Below, piece after piece: positions 49,647 to 58,658 of a DNA stretch of 64,000 nucleotides; positions within the stretch are counted from its first letter, which is position 1; every line of letters starts with the position of its first letter. The notes under the pieces were generated by a model. The model was not told where the DNA came from, did not search any database, and saw only the letters and a list, made by a program, of their open reading frames with translations. The translations under genes were made by a program, and so were the position numbers. This DNA is from Bacteroidota bacterium. GTDB lineage: Bacteria > Bacteroidota > Bacteroidia > Chitinophagales > LD1. The stretch spans positions 67,292 to 131,291 of the forward strand of contig JADJZU010000003.1 in the NCBI GenBank assembly GCA_016715625.1, in the 5' to 3' direction.

Positions 49647-50837
49647 ATGCGAAAGCTGATCAAAAAGATTCTGGAATTCGACTTTGCAAAGAGCCAAGCC
49701 AGCACATTAGACCAATGGAGCTTGGCTGCCTTATTTTTCCTGTTTGTTTTTGGAGTTTATGATTTGTTGATGGATACCGGAAGTGGATTTTATCACCGCT
49801 TAACCGCCCTCATTGCCGAGCAAAAAAATCCATTTAGCCTCTACATACAATCTTCGCAATTCGCAGCAGCCTGTTATCTGGCTTTTGGAATACTGGTAGT
49901 GTATATCTCTGCATTTGCAGTGATTAGTTACTATATGTCCATCAATAAGTATGGCAGCGAGCGATTCAGACGTATCTTTTTAGCACATCTCTTATCGAAT
50001 GTGGTAGGGATGGCACTCACCATGCTTTTCCTTTCATCTGTAGGCATTATTGCCTTAGCGGTAGGGTTTCAATTTCAAGACGGCTATGATTCTATTCAAA
50101 AGGCCTATACTTCTTTATCGTCTTTCATACAAAACAATATACCCACCATTGCCCCGTTGCCGTATTGGTTGGCACTGACATTAGGAATGATTTTGGGAGC
50201 ATTGCCTGGATACTTTTCGCATTGGCTGGGGCATCAATCGCGGTTTGTTTGGTATCTGAATCACCGATGCCACCACACAGCCGAGATTATGCACCCGGCA
50301 GGTGTCGGACCGTTTATGTTTTTGCCGGAATTGTTCAGCAATATCCCCTCTGCCATCTTGGGAGCCGTTTGCACCAAGTTGTTTTATTATGAACCACTAC
50401 TATTCGAAACATTCTTCTTATCCTTTCTTGGAATTATTACAGAAAAATTCAATCACTCATCGGCACTTTATGATTTGGCGTATAACTTTAAACCCTTGCG
50501 GTGGTTAAGCGCCTATTATGGCAACGGGGTATATCACTACATGCATCATAGTGCGATACCAGGCCACGAAGTAGTGAATGTAGGTGGTGGACCATTCCTG
50601 ATTTGGGACAGAATATTCGGCACCTATCAATCACCCACAGCCCAAAAGCCACCTGTAGGGCTTACCAATAATCCCCAAATCAAGTTGAGCCCTGTTGCCA
50701 TTGTGATTAGCGGCTGGCAACAAATAGGATACGAGTTAAAAATGAATAAAGACCTGCTTACACGATTCAAAATATTGTTTGGAGGCATTTACTACAAACC
50801 GCCTATCACCCGCGACTTTTTGATTGTGAGCTATTGA
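49647..50837 (+). CDS. membrane fatty-acid hydroxylase / sterol desaturase superfamily protein
   Basis: Multiple TM helices and di-iron His boxes HWLGH, HRCHH and YHYMHH. Confidence 0.7.
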   Translation: MRKLIKKILEFDFAKSQASTLDQWSLAALFFLFVFGVYDLLMDTGSGFYHRLTALIAEQKNPFSLYIQSSQFAAACYLAFGILVVYISAFAVISYYMSINKYGSERFRRIFLAHLLSNVVGMALTMLFLSSVGIIALAVGFQFQDGYDSIQKAYTSLSSFIQNNIPTIAPLPYWLALTLGMILGALPGYFSHWLGHQSRFVWYLNHRCHHTAEIMHPAGVGPFMFLPELFSNIPSAILGAVCTKLFYYEPLLFETFFLSFLGIITEKFNHSSALYDLAYNFKPLRWLSAYYGNGVYHYMHHSAIPGHEVVNVGGGPFLIWDRIFGTYQSPTAQKPPVGLTNNPQIKLSPVAIVISGWQQIGYELKMNKDLLTRFKILFGGIYYKPPITRDFLIVSY

Positions 50838-50930
50838 ATCGGCATTTCAACAATTTTGCTGCGCATAACAACGTTTCGCAAACACCAACACTTCTGATTT
50901 CTTGCCTCGATTGCATCAAGATTTTTATCC

Positions 50931-52358
50931 ATGACCCGAGAATCGCTCAGTGTATTCGATATTTTTAAAATCGGTGTAGGACCTTCCAGTTCGCACACGC
51001 TTGGGCCTTGGCGAGCTGCTGAGCGTTTTGTCAATCATCTTCTCAATAGCGGTGTGCTGGATTCAGTACAACAAGTCAAGGTTAATTTATATGGCTCTCT
51101 GGCCAAAACAGGAAAGGGGCACGGAACAGATATTGCCGTACAGATGGGTCTTTGCAAAGAAGATCCTGTCACCTTCAACACTCAAGAACTCCAACCTAAA
51201 ATCGAACAAATTCGAAATTCACGAAAACTGAATTTAGGTGGAGTGAGGATAGTAGAATTTGATCCTGCCATTGACATAGCGTTTTTAAAAAAAGAAAGTT
51301 TACCCGCTCATCCCAATGCGCTATCCATTTCGGCTACGCTAAAGGACGGAAGTCATATTACCCAGGTATATTACTCTGTTGGTGGAGGATTTGTGGTTCA
51401 AGAAGGAGACGATAGCAAAAATGAAAAACAGGTATCGCTTCGCTACGATGTGCATGATGCCGATGAACTACTTCAAAACTGCATGCGAGCAGGCTTATCC
51501 ATCTCCAAATTAGTAGCAGAGAATGAAAAGGCCTGGCGACCTGAGCAGGAAACCGAAGCTGGTTTACTTAAAATATGGGCCATTATGCGCGAATGCATCT
51601 ACCAGGGGTGCTACACAGAGGGCACTTTGCCGGGCGGATTAAATGTAACTCGCAGAGCAGCGAAGATGAATCGCATGTTGTTGAAGAACAAATCGGTTTC
51701 CTCTATCGAAGACTGGATGAAGAATGTGGAAGACAGCGGTTCTTCATTTACTGAAATCATGAACTGGATAAGCTGTTTCGCCTTGGCTGTCAATGAAGAA
51801 AACGCCTCATTCGGAAGGGTGGTTACAGCCCCTACCAATGGTGCTGCTGGAGTTATACCAGCAGTGCTGTTATATTATCATCTGTTTTGCGGAGGTAAGG
51901 AGGATGCAAAAATTATTCAGTTTTTGCTCACTGCATCCGAAATAGGAAGTCTTTTCAAAAAAGGCTCCACCATTTCTGCCGCTATGGGAGGCTGCCAGGC
52001 CGAGATAGGCGTAAGCAGTGCCATGGCAGCCGGTGCACTAACCGAGTGTCTGGGTGGCACCCCGGCACAAGTAATGCAGGCCGCAGAAATAGCCATGGAA
52101 CATCATTTGGGTATGACCTGCGACCCTATTGGCGGTCTGGTGCAGATTCCATGTATAGAACGCAACACCATGGGTGCCATTAAAGCGATAACCGCATCGC
52201 AACTTGCACTCCAAAGCGATGCTGACCTGATGAAGGTATCGCTGGACCATGTAATCAAGACCATGTGGGAAACGGCTCTTGACATGAACAGCAAATACAA
52301 AGAAACAGCGGATGGAGGATTAGCTACCAAAATCTCTATCAACCTGCCGGAGTGCTAA
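50931..52358 (+). CDS. sdaA: L-serine ammonia-lyase, iron-sulfur dependent, single chain
   Basis: N-terminal [20 protein letters not shown] (beta domain) and the alpha domain with the [16 protein letters not shown] Cys motif. Confidence 0.88.
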   Translation: MTRESLSVFDIFKIGVGPSSSHTLGPWRAAERFVNHLLNSGVLDSVQQVKVNLYGSLAKTGKGHGTDIAVQMGLCKEDPVTFNTQELQPKIEQIRNSRKLNLGGVRIVEFDPAIDIAFLKKESLPAHPNALSISATLKDGSHITQVYYSVGGGFVVQEGDDSKNEKQVSLRYDVHDADELLQNCMRAGLSISKLVAENEKAWRPEQETEAGLLKIWAIMRECIYQGCYTEGTLPGGLNVTRRAAKMNRMLLKNKSVSSIEDWMKNVEDSGSSFTEIMNWISCFALAVNEENASFGRVVTAPTNGAAGVIPAVLLYYHLFCGGKEDAKIIQFLLTASEIGSLFKKGSTISAAMGGCQAEIGVSSAMAAGALTECLGGTPAQVMQAAEIAMEHHLGMTCDPIGGLVQIPCIERNTMGAIKAITASQLALQSDADLMKVSLDHVIKTMWETALDMNSKYKETADGGLATKISINLPEC

Positions 52359-52446
52359 TCCGTTTTAAGCCAACACATTTTTAAGAGAGCCCGCTACATA
52401 ATTCCCTGTATATTCTTCTATTTTCACGCCCGCTCAAAAAAAACAA

Positions 52447-54093
52447 ATGGCCGACACTACCAAACTGAACTTAGACTTCAACAAGAATGAAGATGCAATG
52501 AAACTGATGCTGAGCGACCTGCGCAAAATCAGCGACCAGGTGAAACTGGGAGGCGGGAAAAAAGCAATAGAAAAACACAAGGAAAGGGGCAAGTTAACTG
52601 CCCGCGAGCGGATTGAAATGTTGCTCGATAAAAATAAACCTGTATTGGAAATAGGTGAGTTGGCCGGCTACGGCATGTATGAGGCCGAAGGCGGATGCCC
52701 ATCGGGTGGCGTGGTAGCGGTAATTGGTTATGTGAAAGGAAGAATGTGTATTATTTTAGCAAACGATGCCACTGTAAAAGCCGGAGCCTGGTTTCCTATT
52801 ACGGCCAAAAAGAATCTGCGTGCTCAGGAAATATCTATTGAAAATCGATTGCCTATTATTTATCTGGTAGACAGTGCGGGTGCTTTTTTGCCTCTGCAAG
52901 ACGAAGTATTTCCGGACAAAGAAAATTTTGGCCGCATTTTTTACAACAACTCAATCATGAGTTCCATGGGTATTCCGCAAATTGCTGCCATTATGGGGAG
53001 TTGCGTTGCCGGTGGAGCTTATCTTCCTATTTTATCTGACGAAGCATTGATTGTAGAAGGAACAGGGTCAGTTTTCTTAGCCGGAAGCTATCTGGTAAAA
53101 TCAGCGGTGGGCGAAAACGTTGATAACGAAACACTCGGTGGTGCTACTACACATTGTGAGATTTCGGGAGTTACCGATTACAAAATGAAAAATGATGAAG
53201 AGTGTATTAAGACGATACGCAATTTGGTCGATAAATTCGGCAAGCCGGAGACTGCCGGTTTCTCCAGAGAAGCCAGCGTAGCACCGCATGTTAGTGCCGA
53301 AAGTGTTTATGGAATTATTCCGGAAGACATTACCAAACAGTATGACATGCTCGACCTGTTAAAGAGCATTGTAGACAACTCCGAAATTGAAGAATACAAA
53401 GAAGAATATGGCAAGAGCATTATTTGCGGCTATGCCCGCATTGATGGCTGGGCGGTTGGCATAGTAGCCAATCAACGGAAAGTGATGAAGAGTAAGAAAG
53501 GCGAGATTCAAATGGGCGGAGTTATCTACAACGACAGTGCCGACAAAGCCGCCCGATTTATCATGAACTGCAATCAGAAGAAAATCCCTTTAGTGTTTTT
53601 TCAGGATGTGACTGGGTTTATGGTCGGTAGCCGGAGTGAGCATGCTGGAATTATTAAAGATGGAGCCAAAATGGTGAATGCGGTTTCCAACTCAGTAGTG
53701 CCAAAGTTCACCATCGTGGTAGGAAATAGCTATGGAGCCGGAAACTACGCTATGTGTGGAAAAGCCTACGGTCCGCGTTTAATTTTTGCCTACCCCACTT
53801 CGCGCATTGCGGTGATGGGTGGTGCACAAGCCGCAAAAACGCTTTTACAGATTCAGGTGAGTGCCCTTAAAGCAAAGGGAGAAGTCATAGACCCTGAAAA
53901 AGAACAAAAACTACTTTCGGAGATTACCAATAAGTATTCTCAAACACTGGACCCAAAATATGCAGCAGCCCGCCTGTGGACCGATGGTATTATAGATCCT
54001 GCATTTACCAGAACGGCCTTATCGATGGGAATTGAAGCGGCTAACCATGCGCCCATCACTCAGAAATTCAATGTGGGGGTTATTCAAACCTAG
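52447..54093 (+). CDS. acyl-CoA carboxylase carboxyltransferase (beta) subunit, methylcrotonyl-CoA carboxylase-like
   Basis: GKLTARERIEMLLD, a duplicated crotonase-like CT domain and GGAYLP; 548 aa. Confidence 0.8.
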   Translation: MADTTKLNLDFNKNEDAMKLMLSDLRKISDQVKLGGGKKAIEKHKERGKLTARERIEMLLDKNKPVLEIGELAGYGMYEAEGGCPSGGVVAVIGYVKGRMCIILANDATVKAGAWFPITAKKNLRAQEISIENRLPIIYLVDSAGAFLPLQDEVFPDKENFGRIFYNNSIMSSMGIPQIAAIMGSCVAGGAYLPILSDEALIVEGTGSVFLAGSYLVKSAVGENVDNETLGGATTHCEISGVTDYKMKNDEECIKTIRNLVDKFGKPETAGFSREASVAPHVSAESVYGIIPEDITKQYDMLDLLKSIVDNSEIEEYKEEYGKSIICGYARIDGWAVGIVANQRKVMKSKKGEIQMGGVIYNDSADKAARFIMNCNQKKIPLVFFQDVTGFMVGSRSEHAGIIKDGAKMVNAVSNSVVPKFTIVVGNSYGAGNYAMCGKAYGPRLIFAYPTSRIAVMGGAQAAKTLLQIQVSALKAKGEVIDPEKEQKLLSEITNKYSQTLDPKYAAARLWTDGIIDPAFTRTALSMGIEAANHAPITQKFNVGVIQT

Positions 54094-55328
54094 TGATTCA
54101 ACATAAATAGGCGAAGCATATTTAATGCTGCATTCGAAAACACTTTTATGTTTTCTGCCCGGGAGGTAAAAAACTGAAATCGCTTAGCCATACAATGTTC
54201 CCCATTACCCACAGCAATCCATACCGTACCCACCGGTTTGTCTGTGGTGGCTCCACCCGGTCCGGCAATACCACTGATGGCTATCCCATAAGTTGTTTTC
54301 ATACTTAATAACAGACCTTGTAGCATTTCAGTAACACACTCTTCACTGACGGCTCCGTGTTTTTCCAGAGTTTCCTTTCGCACGCCCAAAGCATTTTCCT
54401 TTATAGCATAAGAATAAGAAATCACGCTGCCCTCAAAATAGGCTGAGCTTCCGGCTATGGAGGTAAATAAGTGGGACAAATATCCACCAGTACAACTCTC
54501 GGCACAACTCACGGTATGCTTTCTATTTGTCAATAATTTACCAATGTGTTCTTCCAAAGGCTCCTCACCTTCTGCGTAAACCAACTGCCCCAGCGCATCT
54601 ATCATTTTATGTTTTTGCTGCTGAACTTCCTGCGCCAGATCAGTACCACTTCCATAGCCGCTTAATCGCAATTTTACAACCCCCAGGTTGGGCAAATATG
54701 CCAGCCTGATATGAGAAGGCAACTGCGCTTCAAAATCTGTCAGTTTATGTGACACTACACTTTCACCGGCACCGGAAGTCATGATGGTGGCGTGTGCAAT
54801 GTGTGGAAACGAAAAATGCTCTTTTAACTTTGGCAGCACCTGGTGTAGAATCAAATGCTTCATTTCGTGCGGCACACCAGGCAGGCTAATAAACACCCTG
54901 CCTTCGTTTTCAAACCACATCCCTTGGGCCGTGCCCCGTTCATTCGGCAGCATGATGCTATTTTTGGGTATCATGGCTTGCGAGCGATTCATTTCGAGCA
55001 CCTGTAAACCACGTTTTTCAAAAATGGACTTCATCTTCGCCCACACTTCTTCGTTTAACACTAATTCCGTGTTGAAATAGTCAACAAGCGTTTTCTTGGT
55101 AATGTCGTCTTTCGTTGGTCCCAGGCCCCCGGTCATGATAATAATATCAGAGGTGGATTTAGCCCGGTCCAAAGCACTTATTATCTGGCTGGCATCATCG
55201 CCACAACTAATAATCTCATAAAGTTTTACACCAATGGCATTAAACTGCTGCCCAATCCAGGCGCTATTGGTATCCACAATTTGACCAATTAAAATCTCGT
55301 CACCAATGGTGACTACAGTTGCTTTCAT
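54090..55328 (-). CDS. cinA: CinA-family protein (MoCF-binding domain + NMN deamidase PncC domain)
   Basis: N-terminus VVTIGDEILIGQIVDTNSAWI and a C-terminal SCAESCTGG motif. Confidence 0.85.
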   Translation of the reverse strand: MKATVVTIGDEILIGQIVDTNSAWIGQQFNAIGVKLYEIISCGDDASQIISALDRAKSTSDIIIMTGGLGPTKDDITKKTLVDYFNTELVLNEEVWAKMKSIFEKRGLQVLEMNRSQAMIPKNSIMLPNERGTAQGMWFENEGRVFISLPGVPHEMKHLILHQVLPKLKEHFSFPHIAHATIMTSGAGESVVSHKLTDFEAQLPSHIRLAYLPNLGVVKLRLSGYGSGTDLAQEVQQQKHKMIDALGQLVYAEGEEPLEEHIGKLLTNRKHTVSCAESCTGGYLSHLFTSIAGSSAYFEGSVISYSYAIKENALGVRKETLEKHGAVSEECVTEMLQGLLLSMKTTYGIAISGIAGPGGATTDKPVGTVWIAVGNGEHCMAKRFQFFTSRAENIKVFSNAALNMLRLFMLNH

Positions 55329-55332
55329 CTTA

Positions 55333-55968
55333 TCAATTTTCCTCTTTTTTCAGAACATCAATATCCAGCAAAAGTTGGTCAACACTCTCGGTTTTTACGC
55401 CATCATAATATCCGCGAAGTCTGCGCTGCTTATCTACCAGAATAAAGTTGCCGCTATGCACATGACCGCCCGGAGCATCGGGGTCTTCTTCGGCACTCAC
55501 CAAAAATTTTTCAGCAATGCTGTATATAGAATCTTTGTCCCCGGTCAGCAAATGCCATTTAGAGGAGCTGTTTATCCCTAATTTCGAAGCGTATGCATGT
55601 AAGCGTGCTACAGAATCGCGCTTGGGATCAATAGAGAAAGATAGAATAACCAAATTTGAATCGGCTTCATATTTATCGTACACGCGAAGCATTTCTTTTT
55701 TCATCTTGGGACAAATGCTGGGGCAGGCTGTAAAGAAAAAATCTACCACCCATATTTTTCCATCTATCAGTTGGATATTCACAGGCAAAGAGTCCTGATT
55801 CCAAAAATTGAAATCCGGAATCGTATAATCCACACTATCCATTGAATTGCTGCCGCCCTCGGATTGGTTACGGGCTATTTTATTGCCATACACAGGCAGT
55901 TTTTCGGATGGAGGATTACAGGAATAAAGTGTAAACGCAATACTGACGCATAGAAGAATATGTTTCAT
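55333..55968 (-). CDS. SCO1/SenC-family copper chaperone (thioredoxin fold), lipoprotein
   Basis: Lipobox LYSC, a CPSICP (CxxxC) motif and a downstream His. Confidence 0.8.
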   Translation of the reverse strand: MKHILLCVSIAFTLYSCNPPSEKLPVYGNKIARNQSEGGSNSMDSVDYTIPDFNFWNQDSLPVNIQLIDGKIWVVDFFFTACPSICPKMKKEMLRVYDKYEADSNLVILSFSIDPKRDSVARLHAYASKLGINSSSKWHLLTGDKDSIYSIAEKFLVSAEEDPDAPGGHVHSGNFILVDKQRRLRGYYDGVKTESVDQLLLDIDVLKKEEN

Positions 55969-55995
55969 AAAATATAAATGGTGTACTAGGATGAC

Positions 55996-57327
55996 CTAGC
56001 CCAACTCGGTTTTCTTTTTAGCGCCAAATACTTTGAACATGGATTTAATACCCGCAAAGAGATCGCTTACTTCCCCACGAATGGCATCTACAGGCTTCAT
56101 GTTGGCGGCACTGTAAGCGGGAATAAAACCAGCCAACACTCCGGTAACCACCGATATGGAAATACCGATAAATAAGTTTTGTGCAGTCACATAAAAGTGA
56201 AAATCGGATTCAAAATAAATGATTAGCCAATTGAAAAAGGCAAACAGACCGACCACAATCAATAAACCGGCAATACCTCCAAACACACAAAGCATTACAG
56301 CCTCCAGCAAAAACTCAAGCAGGATGTAAATTTTCTTGGCACCGAGTGCTTTCTTAATGCCAATTTGATACACCCTTTCTTGCACACTAACGAACATAAT
56401 ATTGGCAATACCGAAAGTTCCCACCAAGATGGAAAAGGCTCCAATGAACATCCCCGCTGCGTTGATAATGGAGAAGATAGAGGCAATTCCCTCCGTAAAA
56501 ACACTGACCTGGTTCACGGCAAAGTTATCCTCTTCATAAGGCGACAACCTCCGAATGGAACGCATAACACCTTTTAACTCGTACTTTAACTCCTCAATAG
56601 GCACATTGTCTTTGGGCACTACAGCAATAAGCGGGTCCTCGCCCATGTAAATCACCTTACTCATAAAACTATAAGGGACCAGCACATTATTATCGAGGGT
56701 GAAACCAAACAGGTCGCTACCTTCTTTTTTCAATACGCCAATTACTTTCAGTTGCACTCCATTTACTTTAATTTCGGAGCCCTCCACATTTCTACTATCG
56801 CCAAACAAGGACTCCGCTACATTGGCCCCAATAAGTGCCACCGCCTGTGCCCCGTTACTTTCACCGGTTGTAAAATAGCGCCCCTGTGTAAACTCCAGGT
56901 TTTTGATTTTATCGTAATCAAATGTAACGCCCTGAATAGATGCCCCTTCAGCCATGGCATCACCGGCCAATACATTCGAATTGCCTGCGAGATAAATCAT
57001 GGCACTGGCCTTGGCACCCTTTACGCGCTCCTGAAGTTGCTCCAATTCGCGTCTGTTGGCCGCGGGACGGTTTAAATATCTCCACCACTCGTAGTTTTCG
57101 CTCCAGATCCAGGGCCATTTCTGAATGTATAGAATATCGTTTCCAAACGAGGCAAGGCTCTTTTGAATATTCATCTCCAGCGAGTTAACTGCGGTGCGCA
57201 CAGATATGATACACAAAATGCCAATGGTGATGCCTAATAGCGAAAGAAACGAGCGCAACTTGGCGGCACGTATCTCTTCAAAGGATAGAATAAAACTTTG
57301 CCGAAGAATCTGAAGGAATGTAGACAC
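55996..57327 (-). CDS. MacB/FtsX-type ABC transporter permease (no adjacent ATPase gene)
   Basis: N-terminal TM, a large periplasmic domain and a C-terminal FtsX 3-TM bundle. GTG start. Confidence 0.75.
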   Translation of the reverse strand: MSTFLQILRQSFILSFEEIRAAKLRSFLSLLGITIGILCIISVRTAVNSLEMNIQKSLASFGNDILYIQKWPWIWSENYEWWRYLNRPAANRRELEQLQERVKGAKASAMIYLAGNSNVLAGDAMAEGASIQGVTFDYDKIKNLEFTQGRYFTTGESNGAQAVALIGANVAESLFGDSRNVEGSEIKVNGVQLKVIGVLKKEGSDLFGFTLDNNVLVPYSFMSKVIYMGEDPLIAVVPKDNVPIEELKYELKGVMRSIRRLSPYEEDNFAVNQVSVFTEGIASIFSIINAAGMFIGAFSILVGTFGIANIMFVSVQERVYQIGIKKALGAKKIYILLEFLLEAVMLCVFGGIAGLLIVVGLFAFFNWLIIYFESDFHFYVTAQNLFIGISISVVTGVLAGFIPAYSAANMKPVDAIRGEVSDLFAGIKSMFKVFGAKKKTELG

Positions 57328-57450
57328 AGCGCAAACCTAAGAAAATCTTAAAGCGACCGGCAAGTCTTGTTAAGCGAAATTGCGGCTGATTTGCAAATGA
57401 TTTAATTCGAAGACAAACCGATATTTCCTTGCTTTTAAGCGCTGGAAGTT

Positions 57451-57458
57451 TACATTTG
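57451..57458 (+). promoter_or_regulatory. -7 promoter box TACATTTG upstream of queA
   Basis: Exact TAnnTTTG, with a TTG 19 nt upstream. The ATG at 57523 lies 64 nt downstream. Confidence 0.4.
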
Positions 57459-57522
57459 CCCTCCCAAATTTCAGAAGCGTTCTGAAGATTTGAATTCCGT
57501 AAAATTCAAAACCAAATTATCC

Positions 57523-58572
57523 ATGAAACTATCCAGTTTTAACTTTACTATACCCAAAGATGGTGTAGCCCTCTACCCGGCCAAAAATCGCGATGAAAGC
57601 AAACTGATGATCATCGACCGAAAAACCGGAAAAATCGAACACAAGAAATTTCATCAGATTATCAACTACTTCGGAGATGGTGATGTCATGATTTTGAACA
57701 ATACCAAAGTATTTCCGGCTCGCCTGTATGGCACTAAAGAGAAAACAGGAGCCAAAATTGAAGTTTTCCTGTTGCGCGAATTGAACGCCAAGAGCTTTTT
57801 GTGGGATGTGTTGGTAGATCCGGCCCGCAAAATACGGGTGGGTAATAAATTGTATTTTGGAGAGAATGATGAGTTGATTGCTGAAGTGGTAGACAACACC
57901 ACCAGCCGTGGAAGAACAATTCGTTTCCTGTTTGATGGAGAGCACGACAAATTCAAAAAAATACTTTACGGCTTGGGAGAAACTCCACTACCAAAATACA
58001 TCAAGCGTCCGGTGGAGCCCATGGATGCGGAGCGTTTTCAGACGGTGTATGCCAAAGTGGAAGGAGCGGTATCGGCCCCCACATCCGGAATGCATTTTAG
58101 CCGCGAATTGCTGAAAAGAATGGAAATCAAAGGCGTTGAGCTGGCCGAAATTACCATGCACACCGGCTTGGGAACTTTCCGTACCATAGATGTAGAAGAT
58201 TTATCGAAGCATAGAATGGATGCCGAGGAAATGATGATTGGCGAGCGAGCTGTAAAAATCGTGAATGAGGCAAAAGACAAAGGCAAAAGAATATGCGCAG
58301 TGGGCACTACCACTACCCGTGCTGTAGAATCGGCTGTTTCTGCCGAGCGATACCTTAAGACCTTCAACGGATGGACCAATCTTTTTATTCATCCACCACA
58401 CGACTTTTGCGTTCCTAACGCTATGTTGACGAACTTCCATCAACCCAAATCCAGCCTATTGATTATGACTGCTGCCTTTGGCGGATACGACTTAATTATG
58501 AAAGCATACGAAGTAGCCATTAAGGAGAAATATAAATTCCTGACCTATGGCGATGCCATGCTTATTCTCTAA
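57523..58572 (+). CDS. queA: S-adenosylmethionine:tRNA ribosyltransferase-isomerase
   Basis: [10 protein letters not shown]...A..P...RD.S+LM pattern, ARL.G and TTTRA(V/L)ES motifs. Confidence 0.88.
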   Translation: MKLSSFNFTIPKDGVALYPAKNRDESKLMIIDRKTGKIEHKKFHQIINYFGDGDVMILNNTKVFPARLYGTKEKTGAKIEVFLLRELNAKSFLWDVLVDPARKIRVGNKLYFGENDELIAEVVDNTTSRGRTIRFLFDGEHDKFKKILYGLGETPLPKYIKRPVEPMDAERFQTVYAKVEGAVSAPTSGMHFSRELLKRMEIKGVELAEITMHTGLGTFRTIDVEDLSKHRMDAEEMMIGERAVKIVNEAKDKGKRICAVGTTTTRAVESAVSAERYLKTFNGWTNLFIHPPHDFCVPNAMLTNFHQPKSSLLIMTAAFGGYDLIMKAYEVAIKEKYKFLTYGDAMLIL

Positions 58573-58590
58573 GCCGAAAATTTTAAGTTT

Positions 58591-58620
58591 AAAAACCATC
58601 TCTTTGAGATGGTTTTTATT
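58591..58620 (+). terminator. rho-independent terminator after queA
   Basis: Stem AAAAACCATCTC / GAGATGGTTTTT with a TTT loop, followed by a T-rich tail. Confidence 0.7.
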
Positions 58621-58658
58621 TTTATTGTGCATTACAGGTTTCTAAAAAATTTTGTAAA

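Noticed and set aside
57389-57398. 10-bp perfect palindrome ATTTGCAAAT between the divergent ABC permease and queA genes, considered as an operator site
   Set aside because: Dozens of 10-bp perfect palindromes are expected by chance in 64 kb of AT-rich sequence. This one has no second copy and no flanking conservation.
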